The position numbers were made by a program, and so were the translations under genes. Shown in pieces: positions 10,191 to 17,900 of a stretch of 64,000 nt of DNA. The notes under the pieces were generated by a model, which did not search any database, was not told the origin of the DNA, and saw only the letters and a list, made by a program, of their open reading frames with translations. This DNA comes from Treponema sp. (GTDB lineage Bacteria; Spirochaetota; Spirochaetia; Treponematales; Breznakiellaceae): the NCBI GenBank assembly GCA_031265435.1, contig JAISCR010000023.1:8799-72798 (forward strand), written 5' to 3'. The stretch's first letter is position 1, and the number at the start of each line of letters is the position of its first letter.

Positions 10191-11107
10191 TGAATACGTT
10201 GGAATTGCAAAAAAAACTGGACGAATTGAAAAAGATGATCTCTGAAACAGACATTGATGCTGTCCGGGATCTTGAAAACATCGAAAACAAAATTCAGGCG
10301 GTCTCCCGGACTGAGGCAACCTGGCGGAGGGTGGAACTGGCCCGCCATCCCGAACGGCCCTATTCAATGGATTACATAAACAGGATATTTACCGGTTTTA
10401 TCGAACTGTACGGAGACCGGGCCTTCGGCGATGATCCTGCCATTGTCGGCGGACTTGCCTTTCTTGAAGGGCGGCCTGTTACAATCATTGCAAACCAGAA
10501 AGGAAGAACGCTCAAGGAAAATGTACACCGTAACCACGGCATGGCAAATCCCGAAGGCTACCGCAAGGCCCTGCGTCTCGCAAAGGAAGCCGAAAAATTT
10601 CACCGGCCCATCGTCACCTTTATCGATACCGCCGGCGCATATCCGGGCATAGGAGCCGAGGAACGGGGAATCGGGGAAGCCATAGCCCGCAACCTCCGCG
10701 ACCTGAGCCAGCTCAAGACTCCGATTGTCTGTATCATCATCGGGGAAGGCGGCTCGGGCGGCGCGCTGGGCCTCTGTGTGGGAGACAAGATCTATATGCT
10801 GGAAAACGCAATCTATTCGGTTATCAGCCCCGAAGGCTGCGCCTCCATACTCCTCCGGGACGCAAGCAAGGCCAAAGACGCGGCGGTCATGCTGAGGATC
10901 ACCAGCAACGATCTCCTTGAATTCAAGGTGATCAACGGCATCATCGCCGAACCTCCCGGAGGCGCCCATACCGATCCCGACGCGGCCGCCGCGAACATCA
11001 AAAAAGTCCTGATCAAAGAAATCAAAGACCTTGCAAAGCGCAACCCTCCGGTTCTTGTCCGGTACCGTAACCAGAAGATCCGCAAGGTCGGTCACTGGCT
11101 GGAGTGA
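10187..11107 (+). CDS. accA: acetyl-CoA carboxylase carboxyltransferase alpha subunit
   Basis: 306 aa. [32 protein letters not shown] overlap with accD. Confidence 0.93.
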   Translation: MMNTLELQKKLDELKKMISETDIDAVRDLENIENKIQAVSRTEATWRRVELARHPERPYSMDYINRIFTGFIELYGDRAFGDDPAIVGGLAFLEGRPVTIIANQKGRTLKENVHRNHGMANPEGYRKALRLAKEAEKFHRPIVTFIDTAGAYPGIGAEERGIGEAIARNLRDLSQLKTPIVCIIIGEGGSGGALGLCVGDKIYMLENAIYSVISPEGCASILLRDASKAKDAAVMLRITSNDLLEFKVINGIIAEPPGGAHTDPDAAAANIKKVLIKEIKDLAKRNPPVLVRYRNQKIRKVGHWLE

Positions 11108-11109
11108 TT

Positions 11110-11961
11110 CTAACGGGCATTCCGAACCAGCCTTATCCCGATGTATTCGCCTATGCTTTCATATTCCGGATAAATATCTTTTCCGTACTGAAGATAGCTT
11201 TCATCCATCCGGAAATACCATCCCCGTATTACCCTGCAAATTTCTTCTTCGTCTCTTTCCCCTGCCCATCTCCCCATGGGTACCGCATATCTCCCGCTAA
11301 ATAATTTAAGTTCTCCCTCAATTCCGTAACTGCTGTAACTTCCCGGTACAACATAAGGATTCCAGCACCATTCCGATACGTTTCCGAACATATCATATAT
11401 CCCCAGTTCATTCGGTTTTTTCTGGCCCACGGGTCTTGATCTTTCTATATCATCAATATTCTTAAAGTACCACGCAACCTCGTCCAGATTATTGGAACCG
11501 GGATACTTATAGCCCTTCGACAATTTCCCTCCCCGCGCCGCCCAGCCCCACTCGGCCGAGGTAGGCACCCTGTAACCATTTGCCCTTCTATTCCATTCAA
11601 TTTTGGTACCTTTAATTGTATATGCCGGCTGTAGATTATGATGCCCGCTCAGCCAGTTGGCAAACTGTACCGCCTGATAAAAATCAATGTTTATCATGGC
11701 GCTGTCTTCGTCCATTATCATTTCACTGGCGTTACCATCATAATACCTGTACTCATCAAAATCATATTTCTCTCCGGACAGTTCCAGATACTTCCTGTAT
11801 TCCCCTACGGTCAGCTCATAGCGGAACATATAGAAATCGTTTACGCCTTTTCCGTTTCCCTCAACATATACCTCTCCGGGACTCAGAACCGCGTAACTTT
11901 CCGGAAAAACATTGGCCGAAATCATCAAAACCAAAGCAAAAATCAGCTTTTTCATTTTCAT
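11110..11961 (-). CDS. secreted FGE-sulfatase/SUMF1-domain protein
   Basis: 283 aa. Signal peptide MKMKKLIFALVLMISANVF. GYRVPTSAEWGWAARGG, MFGNVSEWCW, RVIRGWYF and IGIRLVRN match FGE/SUMF1-fold motifs. GGAGGAG-type SD upstream. Confidence 0.85.
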   Translation of the reverse strand: MKMKKLIFALVLMISANVFPESYAVLSPGEVYVEGNGKGVNDFYMFRYELTVGEYRKYLELSGEKYDFDEYRYYDGNASEMIMDEDSAMINIDFYQAVQFANWLSGHHNLQPAYTIKGTKIEWNRRANGYRVPTSAEWGWAARGGKLSKGYKYPGSNNLDEVAWYFKNIDDIERSRPVGQKKPNELGIYDMFGNVSEWCWNPYVVPGSYSSYGIEGELKLFSGRYAVPMGRWAGERDEEEICRVIRGWYFRMDESYLQYGKDIYPEYESIGEYIGIRLVRNAR

Positions 11962-11971
11962 CTCTCCTCCG

Positions 11972-14900
11972 TTATTTTATTAGCGGACGAATTCCACTCG
12001 GAAAATATTTATCTTTCCATGTACTTCCGATACCGTCCGGCCACGGGTCATAGATCTTTTTATTCTTGTTGTCAACCAGCAGAAAATGTGTTGATCTTTT
12101 TTTCTCCGAAATATTCCATTCCCCATTTTTTTCGTACACCATGATTCCGTATTCATAATCTGAATTAAAAAATTCAGTTACGTCGGTCATGGTTGTACCA
12201 TAGTTCCACTCTTCCCCACCTTTTTTACCATAAACCGCCGTGTTCATTGCCGCAATGAATTTTTTAAGACTAAGAACACTTGCGCTATTATTCGTTTTGG
12301 TCTTATCGATGCCTCCATTTTCCATTGCGCCCCTGACTCCTTCAAGCATTCTGGATCGGGATATTGAAATAGGAGCTGTGAGCTGGTACAGAAGATAGAT
12401 TGTATAGACAAGGCATGTATTATTTTCTTTCAACCCTGTAACTGCACCTAATGTTTTTTGATTATTTTTTCCGGGCTTTGCTGGGACATCCACATATAAT
12501 TCTCTTGCTTTTTTCAACTGCTTTTCACCTTCCGCTTCCTCCGCTTCTCTTTTAATCTTTTTCTGTTCATTTTCAATTCTCTCGGCTTCCTTTTTTTCCA
12601 GTTCGCTTTTATCCAATTCCGGCTCTTTCAGCACCGGCTCTTTTAGTTCAGGCTCTTTCAATTCCGGCTCTTTCAGTTCGAGCGTTTCATGTACAGGTTC
12701 TTCTTCGGCTTCACTTCTTTCAAGCAACGCGGCAACTTTCTCTTCGATGTCAGGTTCCGGAGGCGTTTCATGTACGGATTCTTCTTCGGCTTCACTTCTT
12801 TCAAGCAATGCGTCGACTCTCTCTTCGATATCAGACTCTGGATCGAGCTCCGGTTCCAGTTCTTCTTCCGGGTATAGCGGACGATCTATGTTAATCTCTT
12901 CTTGCCTGTTGATGCCGCTAATCAGATTTACCAATGAGCGGATACCCGCGTTCAGGATCTGCGTCCCCAGCATGCTTACATCAACTCCGTCGGAGCCGAA
13001 TTTCATGAGGGGGCCGTCATCGCCAAGATGGAGTTCCAGCAAACCCATTTCGCGCAGTCCGGGGATGAGGCCCGCGTTTAAGAGGTTGAATGTAAAGTCG
13101 CCGGTATATGCATAGTCAATCAACTCGCCTGTTGAACCGGCAATGAAGTTGTTCAGGTTGCTCCCGTCTATTCCCAAAGCATTATACAGTCCCCCCGCAT
13201 AAGAATTAAGGATTCCCCCGGTAAAAGCGGAAGCCATACCGCTCAGCATGCCGGTTCCCAGGCCGCTTACGCCCTGATTGAAGACATCGTTTGAGAATGT
13301 TAATCCGGTCCCCGTATACTGTATGGCGTTCACCATACTTGCATAAGTTCCGCTCAGGGCGCTTTCCATACCACTGAGAACACCAATGCTTAAGGAGCGT
13401 CCTATACCGCCGGATGCCGACGCGCTTACCAGGCCCTTGATGCCTCCTCCTCCCGTTGCTGTTCCAAATGTTCCCCCAATACCGGGGAGTCCGTTAAAGG
13501 CGCCGCTTATTAAATTGGTTCCCAGGGAAACGGCGAATGTTTTTGAATAATCAAAGAGGGCCGTATCCGCCGCCTTGTAACCTCCGCCAACGTCCATAAC
13601 GGAAAAGATGAAATCATCGGCGGTTTCCACCGCGGCTACAGTGAAAGCCATGGCAGCAAGGCCCATGCTTGATCCGCCTGACACAGGGCTTAATGCAAGA
13701 GCGGCGGTAGTGGCGGCTACCTTGCCGACAACATCCGCGGTTTCACGTATCGTGAATGCCTTGAATACACTGTTTCTGTCATCCCAAACCGGCTTATCCC
13801 AAAAGGCGGCGTTTACCATGGCAATACCTTTCCCTTCCTTTACCCGCCACCAGGTATAGTCCGTCATAAGCCTGCCAAGTTCGCCTCTTCCCTGATCCCA
13901 GAACATGGCCTCTTTTGAACCGGTATCGGAAGTGCGGAACAGAGGTTCGTATCCGATATGCTCCCCGAATTTTCCCGGATCCTGGACACGTTTCAATTCT
14001 TCAACATCAAATACACCGTCACCTGAGATCGCGTGTATGTTTCCGTAGCTATCCGCCAGGTTTTCGTCAACCATGACCCTCGTCATCATATAGTAAAACA
14101 TCTTATCCTTCTCCGTTATAATGAAGCGGACTATCTCCTTTCCTCCTTCTCCGCTCCTGCCGAAATGTTTTTCCATCTCCCTCTTAATCTCATCTTCTAT
14201 ATTCCTGATCAGGCCCTGGATCGCCAGATAGTTTAAGCCGTTAAGGGCGCTTGCGCTTGTATCGGTCTTTAATTCAAACGGATCCACGATGTAATCCCTG
14301 TATGCCTTCACTTCCGCGTATTCGGATTCTGTTTTTGTAAGTGAAGAATAAACAACCACATCCTTGGAATATGTACCGTCGGCAAGGCTCCATAGATTGT
14401 CAATGGCAAACATCCGGTGTATGTTCTTCCTGAAGCTGTTATTGGCCTTATCTATGTTTTCCGCTAATTGTTTACTGCTTTTTTCGGCCGCTTCTTTGAC
14501 TTCCTGAAGAAGACGTTTTGCTTCAAGCTCCGCGGTTTTTTCATTTGCCTCTCTGGCAAACTGTCTTGCCGCGCTTTGAATTATTCCCGTATTCCACGAA
14601 GAAGGGCCTCCCAGCCCCTTTTGAACATGAGCGGCTATGGTTCCCGTTACGCCGTTAATTGCCGCAAAAGCCCTGCCTGTATTGGCAATGCCAGCCAGCG
14701 ACATGATTTCGTCCATTACGAAACTGATGTCCTCGCCTGAGTATACCCGTATCAACATCGGATCGCGGGTATCTATTTTCCGGGCGCCGGCTTCCGCGTC
14801 CTCTCCCAACAGGGCGAGCGCGGCTCCGGACAGGGCATTATTCGCCGCTTCTTCGGCCTGTTTCAGCCATGCTTCCTTGTCTTCAAGGCCTTCAAGATAT

Positions 14901-17900
14901 GCCTCGTTCCATTCCTCCCCGATGCGTTCATACTCGGCAAGAAATTTCCTGTTCCACTCGTTATAGGCAGTCTTCATCTTTTCCGATCCTGAGATCCAAT
15001 CCTCCCTTCCCCGTTGGATGAGCAGAGCGACATCTTCCTGCCATTGACTCAACTTTGAAACCAGATCCCTGCGCTGTTCCTGCCAAACGGCTTCACGGGC
15101 GCTCAGTTCTGCCTGATAACGTCCAGCATAAACCCTTTCCAGTATGTCCCCCATTTCACCAAGAAGAAGGCCGTATTCGTTCCTGTAATTTCTGCCGCCT
15201 GTCAGCATTGTTTCTATGTCGTTCCTGATTACTTGGTCGAGGTTTTCAAGATGGTTCTTCAGGGCCGCCGCGTTTTTACCAAAGACTTTTTCCATATCAC
15301 TTTTCAAATCCGGCAGGCTTATGGCGCCGTTCATGTAGGCTTCTAAACTTTGATGATACTTTCCTTCCGCCTCCAGGCGTTTTGCCTGATCATCGCCGTA
15401 CTTTTTTTCGAGAGCCCGTTTTGAATCTTCTTTCTCGGCCTTTATCCAGCGGTTAACTGCCTGCAGGGCTTCCAGGACGCTGGAATATGTTTCCCCCGAA
15501 TCCAGAAGCATCCTGTTCCAGATATTTAGTACGATATTTATATCAAATTCGGCTATGTTTCCGGCGAGGCTGAGGGAATAAAGAATATCCGCCGCTCTTA
15601 CAAAATCGCCGTCTTTCTTTTCACCTTTAAGGCCGGCCAGACGTTCACATGATGAAAAATAGAGCGCATAGGCGCTGTTCATATCCGTTATGGAAGAATT
15701 GAGCGACTCCATGGCCTGGTTGATCTGATTGTTGGTATAGTCCAGGGGAACCCTGAGATCGTTGACCACGTTGTTAAGCCTGTTTGCAATGGGCTGCCAA
15801 TACGCGGGACCGATTAACCAGATGCCCGTCCTGTCGTTTGCATATTTCAGATGACCCGACGCCCTTTCGTAGACTTCCCTGTATTTTAGATAAGAGGTAG
15901 CTTTCCTGAAACCTTCCAGCGCATCGGCGTCACTTCCGCCGCTTCCGTTCATGGTAAGGATAAGATAAAACATCAGGTTTTCCTGTTCCTCGGCGCTTAA
16001 GCTTTCCCAGGCGCTCCTGCTTGCTGTAATAAACTTTGTCCAATAGGCGATATATTCACCCACATACTCGGCATAGTAGGCGTTTTGATATTCGGCCATG
16101 TTATGCTGACCCAGAAATGTACCGCTTTTAATATTATCCGCATCATCATAGTACGCCTTGAGGAAAGTTATATCTGTATTTGAAGAGTCAATATAAATAG
16201 GAACATTAATCATATATCGAAAATCGCCATAGGGGAAATCCCTAACCGCATGATGTTCATTGGTCAAACAGGCAACAAGAAAATCCCTGGCCAGGGCAAA
16301 GCGTTCGTACTTATTCCGATTCAATTCCATTGACAGAAAAAAAGCCTCAAGGTTTCTCAGGCCAAGTTCAAAACCGGTTGCCTCATTCGTTTCATTGCCG
16401 ATAATTTGTCCATCGTTAAAATAGGCGGCAAGCAGGGCGCTGTTTTTATAATCCGTTCCCTGCAGGCGGAAGCCGCTTTCAAAATTAAAGACAAGTTTTC
16501 CGTCTTTTACGGTAATGATATCCTGTATTCCCCAGGCGGATTTATCGGCGGGAGAAACATAGCTGTAATCATTCTTTTCATATAGAAACAGATCTCCGCC
16601 GAAAGCTTTCAGTGTGGACATATAATCCATATAATATCCGGCATTAACGATCGTTTCGTTTGCTATTGCCTCTTCCAGCCGGTCAATCGTATTAAGGGCA
16701 GCAAGCATATTGGAAAATTCTTCCCTGTATTTTTGATACAGGTTTTCGTATTCGGCGTCATCATAGGGACGGCGTTCGGCATTGTCGTCATAAAGGGATT
16801 CAAGTGCCGCGAGAGCCGCCTCCGCCCTCATAAGATGCTCAACGGAGCGGGACAGTTCTTCGAGTTCATCCTCTACTCCAAGATAGGCCGTGGCGGCCCA
16901 GCGGTTAACGGCATCCTTTTTTTCGTAGGAAAGTCTTGAGTCTTCCATCTTCTCAAAAAGCTCCTTGGACTGGGCATACAGATTATCATAGTTCTCACCG
17001 GAAAGCAAGAATGATTGGGCGTTATTATCGTATTCTATACTGAGAGCCTCTATCTCGTTTGCATGATCTTCCATTTGCTTCATCATCTTCTTGATTTCTT
17101 CGGCAAGACTTGTGTTTTGATTTCTTATGATGTCCAGCATGGAGGCGACGATTGCAATGTCTCTCCGGTATATTTCCTCGTATGAAAAGAGTTTTTTATA
17201 CTCCCGTTTTTCATAACTGTAGTTTTCGACAAGAAGATACCGCGTCTCCTTTATGTTATTTTCATCCCAGGCCAGTTTTGTATTGTTGATATAGGCATCG
17301 GCGATTGCAATAAAATCACCGTTCAGGGCTTCGGCCGCCTCTGTATTGCAGACGGCAAATGCGGCGTTTAACAGCATGGTAATCCGGCCGATTTTTTCTT
17401 TTGCGTCGATGAGGAGTCCCTCAGGATAGGAAAAGGCCGTGACGATTCCCGGATTATCCGTCCCGGTATTTTCTTCGGTGATGTATTCCCGCCAGTGTTT
17501 TTTATTATCACTCCCGTCACGGTACACAGCCTCCCGCATTGTCTCATAGGCGCCGAGCAGCAATAAGCTGTTATTGAGGATCCTGTATTCTCTATCAAGT
17601 TCCAGGCATGCCTCGTTGAATTCATCAAAAGCCTGCTTTCCCCTGAACGAAAGTCCTTCATATATAAGTGTGATGGCATCCATTTTCCCGGTGGTTTCTT
17701 CAAGTTTGTGTGCAATATCCTCCCGTGTCCACGCGGGGCCGACCGAAGCGTTAATCATCCCGGCCGCCGCGAGATCGATGAGGGCCGACTTCCATTCTTC
17801 AATCTCCTGACCGATCCATGACGGAATCTGATTCAGGGAACGATCAAAACGGCAGAGAAATTCCGTTAACGCCTCTTCGGTTTTGAGAGGATCATCCAGA

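Noticed and set aside
12616-12845. Possible CRISPR-like or minisatellite array
   Set aside because: The repeats are directly adjacent with no spacers, are in frame, and lie inside a long ORF. They encode acidic peptide repeats and are not a CRISPR array.
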